From positions 1 to 55,079 of the forward strand of contig CAZLPY010000001.1 of NCBI GenBank assembly GCA_964561525.1: DNA of 55,079 bases, read 5' to 3'. Position numbers and translations under genes: made by a program. How positions within the stretch are numbered: the stretch's first letter is position 1; every line of letters starts with the position of its first letter. The notes under the pieces are model-generated. The model worked only from the letters and a program-made list of their open reading frames with translations. It was not told the DNA's origin and searched no databases. Origin of the DNA: an uncultured Candidatus Saccharibacteria bacterium (GTDB lineage Bacteria; Patescibacteriota; UBA1384; CAJBMM01). This document shows, piece after piece, positions 27,737-35,786 of this stretch.

Positions 27737-29035
27737 TCAATCATCTAGGAGGCCGACATCCTTCAAACGCTCATAGAACTCTTTGCCTTGCTGGCCAGTC
27801 TTAATTGCTTCCTCGATAACAGGTTTTTTAATGTAATGTTTCTCACCGAAAGTCATACCTACGCCGTCACTTGGTGATAACTGTCGCATAACCTCTCTGC
27901 TAGTTGCCCGCAGCTTACTTGGTAGGCGTTTTGCAGTACCCATCAATTTCCACCGCTCCGCACTTCTGCCTGTAATGCCAAACGTTAAGCGACCAGTCGT
28001 GATGGCGTAGTCCGCCCCTATTTCTTTGACCTTACTATTAAACTCCCGATTGGTTTGAATTTGATAATCTCGGGATTCGTATTGCTTAAAAATACCGATG
28101 ATTTGGTCGGCAACGGTGAGACCAAGGCCTTTGCCAACTCGGGCCAACTCTTCAGCAGCCTTATCTTTGTCACCAGACATTGCTAAACCAACCGCTTCTA
28201 GGGTCGATTTTGCCATTTCGTATAAGAGTTGGGTTTTTTCTGGATACTCGGTAGTACGTCCAGCTTGCCTGAAGGCCACGATCATTTCAGGGAGAATTTC
28301 TAGGGGAACAAGAGATGTGTAACCTTTGATTATGCCTTTTTTCCAAGGTACGGAAATTTCCGTATCTTGAATTTGCTTATAGTGCGCACTTAAAACAAAG
28401 TTCGAAAATGTTGTTTTGGCTAGCCATTCGATAAATTGATCTGAGCGAACGCCAATGAATTGAGCAATGGAGGGTAAGCTAATAAGAATGAAGCTCTTAA
28501 CATGCACGCTGTCGATTATTTCGGTGTCAACTTTTACCCATACAATTTCTTCGGGGAGAACTTGAGCCATGGAGGCATTAGTTAAAGATTCGTCGGGCAG
28601 GTCATTATTCGAGGTCTCTACCGCATCATTACCGCTAGCAACCAATTCAATGGCTTCTTCCTGTCCACCTTCCCATTCAAGAATGTGGGTAATTTTGAGT
28701 AGGAGATCTTCCTCAGTCTCTTTATCAGTATTGACTGAGATACCTTTACCGAACAACCCATCAATTACTATTCGTTTGCCCTGCACAGTATCGTAAAAAA
28801 TGCGTAGCTTAGTGCTATCAATTTCAGGGTATCTCGTCTTTATTTTGAGCTCTAGGTCTTTTAGGAGCTCCGCGAGAATGCGGCTACCCACGTAGCATGT
28901 CTGTCCTCTAAAACGCATCGTTTGAATCCTGCCACTTTCTGCCAAACGATAGACCCGCTGCCTATAAAAATACTTTGCCCCGAGCTCTTCTTCGATCTCA
29001 GTGGGGGTGAGCAAGTCAAAATGATGATCTCTCAT
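27737..29035 (-). CDS. hypothetical DNA-binding protein of E1 (N-terminal excisionase/MerR-like HTH)
   Basis: 432 aa. The N-terminus LTPTEIEEELGAKYFYRQRVYRLAESGRIQTMRFRGQTCYV resembles an excisionase-type HTH. I did not recognise the rest. Confidence 0.5.
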   Translation of the reverse strand: MRDHHFDLLTPTEIEEELGAKYFYRQRVYRLAESGRIQTMRFRGQTCYVGSRILAELLKDLELKIKTRYPEIDSTKLRIFYDTVQGKRIVIDGLFGKGISVNTDKETEEDLLLKITHILEWEGGQEEAIELVASGNDAVETSNNDLPDESLTNASMAQVLPEEIVWVKVDTEIIDSVHVKSFILISLPSIAQFIGVRSDQFIEWLAKTTFSNFVLSAHYKQIQDTEISVPWKKGIIKGYTSLVPLEILPEMIVAFRQAGRTTEYPEKTQLLYEMAKSTLEAVGLAMSGDKDKAAEELARVGKGLGLTVADQIIGIFKQYESRDYQIQTNREFNSKVKEIGADYAITTGRLTFGITGRSAERWKLMGTAKRLPSKLRATSREVMRQLSPSDGVGMTFGEKHYIKKPVIEEAIKTGQQGKEFYERLKDVGLLDD

Positions 29036-29104
29036 GATACATTCCTGTTACACTTCTAACACGTTAATGTAACAGGAGAGATGTGTCAATAGGGGTTCGG
29101 TAAA

Positions 29105-29323
29105 TCAGAATTTGACTAGTACAGACAGCTCTTTACCTAATACCTGAGAGATAAGCCAGAGCTTTTTTAACGTTGGATTTCGAAGCCCGCGCTCTAAAAG
29201 AGAAATATAAGTACGATCAACGCCAATTTCTTCAGCGAGCTTTTGCTGACTCATACCAGCTTCAGTTCGCAGCTTAGCGAGCTGAAGGCCAAATTTTACA
29301 GTAATTTCATCTAATTGCGACAT
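29105..29323 (-). CDS. XRE-family HTH transcriptional regulator
   Basis: LAKLRTEAGMSQQKLAEEIGVDRTYISLLERGLRNPTLKKL. I set the start at the ATG at 29323; the longer track ORF adds a Cys/Phe-rich junk-like leader. Confidence 0.75.
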   Translation of the reverse strand: MSQLDEITVKFGLQLAKLRTEAGMSQQKLAEEIGVDRTYISLLERGLRNPTLKKLWLISQVLGKELSVLVKF

Positions 29324-29351
29324 GTAGTCACAGAATAGAAGACAAAAACAT

Positions 29352-29369
29352 AGCTGTATGCGGACAGCT
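29352..29369. promoter_or_regulatory. candidate operator in the divergent promoter region of E1
   Basis: Perfect inverted repeat AGCTGT-N6-ACAGCT between the XRE gene and the divergent membrane-protein gene. Confidence 0.3.
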
Positions 29370-29427
29370 TGTCTCAATTTTACTGCTATGTTATTGTTCG
29401 GTTAATAGAAAATTATAGAGGATTATT

Positions 29428-30153
29428 ATGACATCATTCGCAACAATAATACTGCTTGTATCAATAATCGGGTTAATTATTGCGGTGATCAAACCATCGT
29501 TACTAGAGCGAGTATTCAAGGATCAAAAGATTGGCCGTGGAAAGGCAATACTTGCTTCTACTGCACTCTTTGTCTTGTCATTCTTTATGTTCGTATTATC
29601 GCCGAGCGATAAACAGCCCCAACCAGTAGCGCAAACACAACCCGTAACTCAATCGGTAGCAGAAACCGCTACAACTAAGCCGGTCGCCAGTACTCCTACT
29701 ACACCTCAAACAATAGAGGATAAGTTATGGCAAGCGGTTGATACCGCATTGAAGCAGCGAACAAACATTAAAGTGAGCTACGACGAAAAAGAAAAAGTAG
29801 CGTTCATCGAACACACAGATGCGGATGCATATACCGCTGAAAGCTTTGTTAAGCAAGCTTATGCAATGTTTGTCTTATTCGGCCAAGAAGTTTTCAAGAT
29901 TGACGGTGTAGAGCATGTAAATGCGCAAAATAAGACTACGTTCACAGATCAATACGGCAAAAATAGTATTGAGAGCGGGGTAACGATTGAAATGACCAAG
30001 GCAAATTTTAGTAAATTTGATTGGAAGAATCTTGAATACCAGCAAGTAAACACCCGCATACAAGCAGCTAGTGACATTTATATTATCCGACAGGCATTAG
30101 CTAACGACATCAAAGATCAATCGAAGCTCTATCTCAAATTAAGCTATCCATAA
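29428..30153 (+). CDS. membrane-anchored hypothetical protein
   Basis: N-terminal TM helices, a Pro/Thr/Gln-rich linker (PQPVAQTQPVTQ...TPTTPQT), then a globular C-terminal domain. GAGGA lies upstream of the ATG. Confidence 0.6.
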   Translation: MTSFATIILLVSIIGLIIAVIKPSLLERVFKDQKIGRGKAILASTALFVLSFFMFVLSPSDKQPQPVAQTQPVTQSVAETATTKPVASTPTTPQTIEDKLWQAVDTALKQRTNIKVSYDEKEKVAFIEHTDADAYTAESFVKQAYAMFVLFGQEVFKIDGVEHVNAQNKTTFTDQYGKNSIESGVTIEMTKANFSKFDWKNLEYQQVNTRIQAASDIYIIRQALANDIKDQSKLYLKLSYP

Positions 30154-30181
30154 GATTTAGGGGGCATGCTCTCATTTTTTA

Positions 30182-30676
30182 CTATTCAGCGAGCTCTATA
30201 CCAAATCTTTGAATCTCTTCTTCCAGTTCAGCCTCATTATAGGGAGTCTGATCAGCAGTATGAGATTTTCGCATACCGAGTTCTAATTCTAGCTTTTGAA
30301 CATGCGCTTCTAAATTAATAACTCTATGGGCTTCTAAGAGTTTTCCAGCTAATAAGGCGATGGTGCTCGCTGTCTTAGTGTCGATGTCACCCTCTTGTGT
30401 GGCCATACGGACGCGATTAATTGTGTCGGCAAGTAAATTGATTACACTATGTCCATCGGTCAATTCTAAGGGCTCAAGACGGCAAACATAGTGCGCATGA
30501 GCTATGCGCCCACCTCTCGACTGTGCCAATTTCTTATCTGCATCGCTGATTTCAGGACTATGGAGATAGCAGTAATCAGCGCCTGTCATAGCATAGGCAT
30601 TACATTGTGAACCGTCTTCTTTGACATAACTACATTTCATAACATAACTCGAGTTACTTAGTGTTGACACCCACAT
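30182..30676 (-). CDS. hypothetical protein with an N-terminal Cys/His zinc-ribbon-like motif
   Basis: MKCSYVKEDGSQCNAYAMTGADYCYLH, followed by a helical C-terminus. The start may be the ATG at 30640. Confidence 0.5.
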   Translation of the reverse strand: MWVSTLSNSSYVMKCSYVKEDGSQCNAYAMTGADYCYLHSPEISDADKKLAQSRGGRIAHAHYVCRLEPLELTDGHSVINLLADTINRVRMATQEGDIDTKTASTIALLAGKLLEAHRVINLEAHVQKLELELGMRKSHTADQTPYNEAELEEEIQRFGIELAE

Positions 30677-30790
30677 TGTAAATGAATAGGATTGATTTAT
30701 AAATTATTAGGAGAGCTTGCCAAACACCTTTTGTCTCGAGTGCCGGTAAATTTTACCTAAACAAACACCGCCACTTGGTCAGGTGTTTTT

Positions 30791-30937
30791 GTGTCCAATA
30801 AAGGAAAAAAGCGAGACTCACTAGACGAGGCGACAGTTCATCAAGAGCTGGATGCTTGGGCTGATCTTATGATTGATTTCTATTTGAGCGAACACTATGA
30901 TCAAAATAGTGAGTGTAAGGAAAATCCAAATGGCTAA
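30791..30937 (+). CDS. small ORF (48 aa) overlapping the E1 recombinase start; candidate recombinase accessory protein
   Basis: GTG start after AGGTG. Translation: VSNKGKKRDSLDEATVHQELDAWADLMIDFYLSEHYDQNSECKENPNG. Its stop overlaps the recombinase ATG by 8 nt. The LMIDFYL segment resembles LLDCWL in the E2 counterpart (43812..44162). Confidence 0.4.
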   Translation: MSNKGKKRDSLDEATVHQELDAWADLMIDFYLSEHYDQNSECKENPNG

Positions 30938-32486
30938 TGCTGTAATTTATTGCCGCGTCTCAACGAACGAGCAAGTCGTAGAGGGTAGTAGTCTTATTAC
31001 CCAGCAGAAGGCGTGTGAGGATTATGCGGACAAGAATGGGTATATTATCGTCGAGCGGTTTATTGAAGAGGGAGAGAGCGCTAAAACGGCAAATAGACCT
31101 ACATTGAAGCAATTGCTGGATTATTGCCAACGAAACCATAAGCAAATTGAAGCGCTGATTATTCCTAAAATTGACCGCCTATCAAGGGATGCCTTAGACT
31201 ATGCTACTTTACGTGTTTTCTTTAAGAAGTTGGGTATAGCACTTATTTCCGTATCCGAACCTCTTTCAGATGACCCGACAGGGCGTTTTCTAGAGACGGT
31301 ATTGTCAGGTGCATCGCAGTTGGACAATGAGATACGGACGGAGCGAGCTACCGCAGGGATGAAACAAGCCGTGCAGGAAGGCCGCTATGTGTCAAAGGCA
31401 CCAGTCGGGTATAAAAACGTTGTTTTTAATGACAAAAAGAACATCGCTCCCGATAAAGGTAAGGCAAAATTTGTTGTCAAGGCATTTGAGATGGTGGCGA
31501 GCGGTAAGTATAGCGTTGAGGAGGTACGTCGAATTTTAGAAGCAGAAGGATTTAGAGGGTATAGAGAGGCGAAGATTTCGAAATCTAGCTTTGCTACCAT
31601 GTTACGCAAAAAGACTTATATTGGGCTCATTGAAGCATTTGGCTTAAATATTACTGGATCGTACCCATTTGTGCCGATTGTTGAAGTTGCTGTGTTTGAA
31701 AAGGCGCAGAGTGTATTGAGAAAAGAGCGAGCACCTAATGCATCGCGGTATTCTAAAGAAAACCCAGATTTCCCCCTACGCGGCATCGTAATGTGCCAGA
31801 ATGGTCATAAACTTACCGCAGCATGGTCAACTGGTCGTAATGCGAAGTACGCGTTGTACAGGTGCAATATATGCAAACGGAGTAGCAAACGTAAGCTTGA
31901 CCTTGAAAACGGATTCAAGGCGTACTTAGGTGAATTTGAATATAGCCAATTAGAAACCAAGGCCTTAGAGGCGCGTATCCATGCAAAATGGAATGAAAGG
32001 AATAAAGCAGCGATTGATCATAGAATGCAGTTAAACCTTGAAATTGATCTACTCAAGCAAGATCAAAAGATCTTAGCCAAAAAGGTTGTACAGGGTATTA
32101 TTCCTGATCGAGTTGGTAAAGAAGAAGCAGAGGAAATGGAGAATCGTATTGAAGAATTGCAGTCGACGCTATCTGAAATACCTCAAATCGAGGCTGAAGC
32201 AGACAAAGTAATTGAATATGCTACACAATTTTTAACAGGGATTGGGAATCGGTGGGAAAAAGTTGATCTTAAAGTAAAGCAGCGGTTCCAAAGCTTCGCT
32301 TTTCCTGAAGGTTTTACCTATTACGACAACGGAGAATTTGGAACCACCAAAATCCCGATCATTTTTAAGCAAAAAGCATCTATTTTGGGACAAAATTCTA
32401 GTGTGGTATGCCTGAGAGGACTTGAACCTCTGACCTTCGGCTCCGCAAGCCGACGCTCTATCCAACTGAGCTACAGGCACGAATGA
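30930..32486 (+). CDS. large serine recombinase (E1 integrase); the last ~25 codons read antisense through tRNA-Arg
   Basis: MANAVIYCRVSTNEQ (catalytic Ser), IDRLSRD, a recombinase domain, a zinc ribbon (CQNGHKL...YRCNICKRS) and a coiled-coil region. The ORF crosses the junction core at 32404..32411. Confidence 0.85.
   Translation: MANAVIYCRVSTNEQVVEGSSLITQQKACEDYADKNGYIIVERFIEEGESAKTANRPTLKQLLDYCQRNHKQIEALIIPKIDRLSRDALDYATLRVFFKKLGIALISVSEPLSDDPTGRFLETVLSGASQLDNEIRTERATAGMKQAVQEGRYVSKAPVGYKNVVFNDKKNIAPDKGKAKFVVKAFEMVASGKYSVEEVRRILEAEGFRGYREAKISKSSFATMLRKKTYIGLIEAFGLNITGSYPFVPIVEVAVFEKAQSVLRKERAPNASRYSKENPDFPLRGIVMCQNGHKLTAAWSTGRNAKYALYRCNICKRSSKRKLDLENGFKAYLGEFEYSQLETKALEARIHAKWNERNKAAIDHRMQLNLEIDLLKQDQKILAKKVVQGIIPDRVGKEEAEEMENRIEELQSTLSEIPQIEAEADKVIEYATQFLTGIGNRWEKVDLKVKQRFQSFAFPEGFTYYDNGEFGTTKIPIIFKQKASILGQNSSVVCLRGLEPLTFGSASRRSIQLSYRHE
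32404..32480 (-). tRNA. tRNA-Arg (anticodon GCG), CCA encoded
   Basis: Hand-folded. Acceptor GTGCCTG/CAGGCAT (G1-U72 wobble), D arm GCTC-AGTTGGATA-GAGC, anticodon stem TCGGC/GCCGA with loop TTGCGGA, and T arm AGAGG-TTCAAGT-CCTCT. Confidence 0.85.
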
Positions 32487-32634
32487 GACCTGGACTGGCA
32501 CAAAGATGCTAGTGACTCTTCGCCCTTAGCTTGAGCGATGTTCCGGCTCATCCCCAGCCTTTTTAGTAAAAAATCTGGGTTCTTGCGCAAAACAATCGCT
32601 TTCAGGCGGCGGGCTTGAGGTCACCAAGCGTCGA

Positions 32635-32652
32635 TGGCGGAGAGGGTGGGAT
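32635..32652. repeat. E2 left junction core (attL): copy of the last 18 nt of tRNA-Ser(GCU), one mismatch
   Basis: tggcggagagggTgggat here versus tggcggagagggAgggat at 45674..45691. Confidence 0.7.
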
Positions 32653-32722
32653 AAAACTTGAACACCTTTTGGAATGGCTAGACCAGTTACGGCTGGCCTA
32701 CTCTGAAGATTAACACTTCCGT

Positions 32723-33187
32723 TTATTTTTTCGCAAGGTTTCGGATGACCTCAATTTCTGAAATTATATTGTAAATTTTGATTTCTTTTCCAAGCGTATA
32801 TTCCTTAGACGAGAAACTGTCATTATTCTTTCGGGAAGGCTTTGGGTAACCAAGTTTATCCAATGTAAACAAGTCGACAACGCGATGGTATCTCTTGTTT
32901 TTAGTATTGGAGCTAATTAGGTATATATAATCACGGCCATTTTTCTTGTTGTCATCGGGATCCGTATCCGTCTTACCTTTTTCCTGAAAGTCTCTATTTG
33001 CGTCTTCGTAACACCGGCTAGCTTCATAGTCCCCAGGTCTTTTCTCTCTTTTAAAACAATACAAGGTGTATTTGTTCTGAAAAAAACGATACAAGGCAAT
33101 TGCAGCTAAAGTAACCAACAATAACCCTAGAGTATTTTGAGTTGTCCATTCAACAAATTCTTTTATTAAGGTGATATTTAACGTCAT
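32723..33187 (-). CDS. hypothetical membrane-anchored protein
   Basis: 154 aa, one N-terminal TM helix (LGLLLVTLAAIALYRFF), Lys/Asp-rich. It is very AT-rich with no clear SD sequence. Confidence 0.45.
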   Translation of the reverse strand: MTLNITLIKEFVEWTTQNTLGLLLVTLAAIALYRFFQNKYTLYCFKREKRPGDYEASRCYEDANRDFQEKGKTDTDPDDNKKNGRDYIYLISSNTKNKRYHRVVDLFTLDKLGYPKPSRKNNDSFSSKEYTLGKEIKIYNIISEIEVIRNLAKK

Positions 33188-33225
33188 GGTTTTCTATTTG
33201 GGCGCAGTCCAAATGGCGATAACTT

Positions 33226-33444
33226 TTAAAGAATATCGAACGACTTGAGCTTTAAGACTCTAATGACGTCATAAAGCTTATCAAGGGAAGGGTTTACTTC
33301 GCCACGTTCAATCTGAGAGTAATAACTCCCGTTCATACCTGCTTGGTCGGCGACCTCGTTTTGGGTCAGTCGAGCCTTTTCGCGAGCTGCTCGTAACTTT
33401 TCACCGAGCGCTTTACGCAGATGTTCGTTATTTTTGCTGGTCAT
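33226..33444 (-). CDS. XRE-family HTH transcriptional regulator
   Basis: LRAAREKARLTQNEVADQAGMNGSYYSQIERGEVNPSLDKL. TGGTATGAT (an extended -10-like sequence, 33453..33461) lies 8 nt upstream of the ATG, so the transcript could be leaderless. Confidence 0.75.
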   Translation of the reverse strand: MTSKNNEHLRKALGEKLRAAREKARLTQNEVADQAGMNGSYYSQIERGEVNPSLDKLYDVIRVLKLKSFDIL

Positions 33445-33492
33445 ACGCCGCTATCATACCAGATTCGGCGCAAAAGGTACAGGAGTGGGTAC

Positions 33493-34491
33493 TTACTCTT
33501 TCTCGATATTCTTTAGTACAAAATACCCATCTTCGCTATGAAGCCTAAGTTTGATCTCCGTATCCATCTTTATAATTCCTCTGCCCGGAGGGAAAAGCTC
33601 AATTTCTTTTTCCTCAAGTGCGATTGACGATACCATACCGAGCACTTGCGCATAGTCTGAAGGGTTGTAGGTATCAATTTCTCTCCAATTTTGGATTGCT
33701 TGAATTGGCTTGATAGGACCAGTAGTAACATTGGCAGAGCGTAGAGTTTTATTTCTTACATCGTAGATTCCGACTACTTCTTCAAGTTGTACCGCGCCTT
33801 CGCATGCTCTTGTTTTTACTTCGTAGTTAAAGGCTAAACGATCGGGGGTAAAAAGTTTACCATCCTTATCTACTATTTGAAATTCCGTAGGACTCTCTAT
33901 GGTGACAGTGTGAGTTCCTTTAAGATGGGGAAGAAGGCTGGAATTCCATGGCTCCTTGAATAGCTCGAGACAGCTTATTCTTTCTTCTCCAGTGTTATGA
34001 ATGAGCATGATTTGGTCTAGCGGCATACCTGAAAAGTCACCTCCGTTTGCATGAGCATCCAGCTCTATGCCCTCAACAAAGTAATCTACAAGTAAGGTTT
34101 TCTGGGAAACGGAGAATTTGACTTCCTCATCAGCCGAGTCAATAAGATGAAATAGTTGAATATTCTTATGATCTGCCCACTTCACTGCCCCTTGAGTGTA
34201 GTTAGAATTAGAGATGATGGCGCCCCGCTTCGTACCCAAATCTTCCAATTTCGAAATAAAGGCTTCAATCTCATGATCCCCGACGGTAACTTTCCAGTTC
34301 TTGCACTCTATTGCCAGGAAATCGAACTCTTCTGGACTAATAACTTGCAGATCCACCTCCCGACTATCGTTGGTAATCCGGCCCTTAATTTCCACCTTTG
34401 GTAGGACCTGAGTTTCAGGGGTAGATAGCCGCTTATATAACTGCTCAGCCTTATTCTGATAACGGTCACCTTTTTCTTGCGCTTTACTCAT
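33493..34491 (-). CDS. Mrr-like restriction endonuclease domain fused to an unknown C-terminal domain
   Basis: The N-terminal PD-(D/E)xK pattern matches the Mrr catalytic domain: EVDLQVISPEEFDFLAIECKNWKVTVGDHEIEAFISKLEDLGTKRGAIISNSNYTQGA. About 200 aa of beta-rich sequence follow, with no family I recognise. Confidence 0.6.
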   Translation of the reverse strand: MSKAQEKGDRYQNKAEQLYKRLSTPETQVLPKVEIKGRITNDSREVDLQVISPEEFDFLAIECKNWKVTVGDHEIEAFISKLEDLGTKRGAIISNSNYTQGAVKWADHKNIQLFHLIDSADEEVKFSVSQKTLLVDYFVEGIELDAHANGGDFSGMPLDQIMLIHNTGEERISCLELFKEPWNSSLLPHLKGTHTVTIESPTEFQIVDKDGKLFTPDRLAFNYEVKTRACEGAVQLEEVVGIYDVRNKTLRSANVTTGPIKPIQAIQNWREIDTYNPSDYAQVLGMVSSIALEEKEIELFPPGRGIIKMDTEIKLRLHSEDGYFVLKNIEKE

Positions 34492-34502
34492 GGTAAGCTT
34501 TG

Positions 34503-35786
34503 CTATTTCAACAAGTCATCAAGCGTACAAGACAATAGCGCAGACCGATTCAGGACAATCTGCTCTGCCTGGTTTAGATTTTCTGCAGTCATACGAATGA
34601 ATTTTGTCCGGATGGTATCACCGAGCACCACCCCGTTAGATTTCCGAAGGTAGTCCTCAGTTTTCTTGGCAAACAGTGTTGCGAACAGTTTGAGTTTATT
34701 TTCTGAAGCCGGACTGGTGGTAGTTCCATTCATTTTGATCTCAATAAGCTTGGTTACATCCTGATTCGGCTCACCCGGTAAATCATCTCCTCTGATCCAA
34801 AATTCGCTCATAGGGTATATAACACGGACACGAGCAGCAGGATCATCTTCGGTGAGGTACCAGAAGACAAAGGAGAAAACATCACTCATAACGTCATGAT
34901 GAATATCTACTTTCTCTAGTTTGGTAACCGTGTAGATCTGATACTCCTTCAGCAACCGCAAGTAGCTCTCTCGCCAGCTCTGCAGCCAGTGCTCAATGTA
35001 TGACCGATCGATAAAGAGCGGGAATAAGTCCTGTTCGAGGTTTTTGTTATTGACTTTATTCATCTGTAAAGTCAGCCGGTCAAAAAGAGCCCGGGGATCT
35101 TTTACGTCAACGTTCTTGGCAATTAAGTAATCGAGATCAGGCACAATTTTCTTACCCATATACCACAAGAGATCGTAAATATCCCGGCCTTTTTCTTCGT
35201 AGTTCTCTTTTCCAACTCCACGGGTTCCGCGCAAGAAAATGGCGGCAATTTTACTGGCCATGAGTGCGGACATGTTATAGGTAACGATCACAAAAGAAAG
35301 CTGGTCGTGGTTAATCGGTACCCGCTCGGTCGCCACTTTTGCTGCCACAAAATGATTAAGGTCGAGCTTTACATGCACCTGACTCGACGGATTACCGACG
35401 GCCAACTCCTCATTGACGTGAAATCGCAGCAGCAGGCCGCGTTCGCCCATTACTTTTACGGTCAAAAACTCCTCAGTTGCACTGTATTTATCCGCAAAAT
35501 AGGTTTCAATTTCCTGTTTCAGCTCATCGAGAAACGACCGATTAACCACCTCGGTCACTTCAAAATCCAAATCAACCGACATACGGTCTAGGCCGTGGCA
35601 AATCCGTAAGGCTGAGCCGCCATACATAATCCACTTGCTATACTCTGGGTGGTGATAGATAAAATTAAGCACATAAAACTGCAGCTCTTCTTTGAGAGCA
35701 TTGCGCCGAGTTTCGGCATCTAAATCGCTATAGCTACCCAGGCTATCCAGCTTTTTCTTAAGAATAGATAGAAGCATTTCACTCAT
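34503..35786 (-). CDS. AbiEii/AbiGii-family nucleotidyltransferase toxin with a long C-terminal extension
   Basis: MYGGSALRICHGLDRMSVDLDFEV is the typical AbiEii NTase motif. At 427 aa it is longer than I recall for typical family members (roughly 250-300 aa). It overlaps the AbiEi gene by 8 nt. Confidence 0.75.
   Translation of the reverse strand: MSEMLLSILKKKLDSLGSYSDLDAETRRNALKEELQFYVLNFIYHHPEYSKWIMYGGSALRICHGLDRMSVDLDFEVTEVVNRSFLDELKQEIETYFADKYSATEEFLTVKVMGERGLLLRFHVNEELAVGNPSSQVHVKLDLNHFVAAKVATERVPINHDQLSFVIVTYNMSALMASKIAAIFLRGTRGVGKENYEEKGRDIYDLLWYMGKKIVPDLDYLIAKNVDVKDPRALFDRLTLQMNKVNNKNLEQDLFPLFIDRSYIEHWLQSWRESYLRLLKEYQIYTVTKLEKVDIHHDVMSDVFSFVFWYLTEDDPAARVRVIYPMSEFWIRGDDLPGEPNQDVTKLIEIKMNGTTTSPASENKLKLFATLFAKKTEDYLRKSNGVVLGDTIRTKFIRMTAENLNQAEQIVLNRSALLSCTLDDLLK

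Larger units (their letters stand above)
27540..32411. mobile_element. E1: ~4.9-kb integrated element in the 3' end of tRNA-Arg(GCG), large serine recombinase type
   Basis: It is bounded by the 8-nt core repeat. The recombinase sits at the tRNA-proximal end. The segment appears AT-richer than the flanks. The terminator expected after the tRNA is displaced to the far side. Confidence 0.6.

Noticed and set aside
32412-32486. Treating the tRNA-antisense tails of the two recombinase ORFs as genuine conserved protein domains
   Set aside because: The two tails (LRGLEPLTFGSASRRSIQLSYRHE and IRTLATYKVRTT...) are simply dictated by different tRNA sequences and share no similarity. They are better explained as read-through created by integration.
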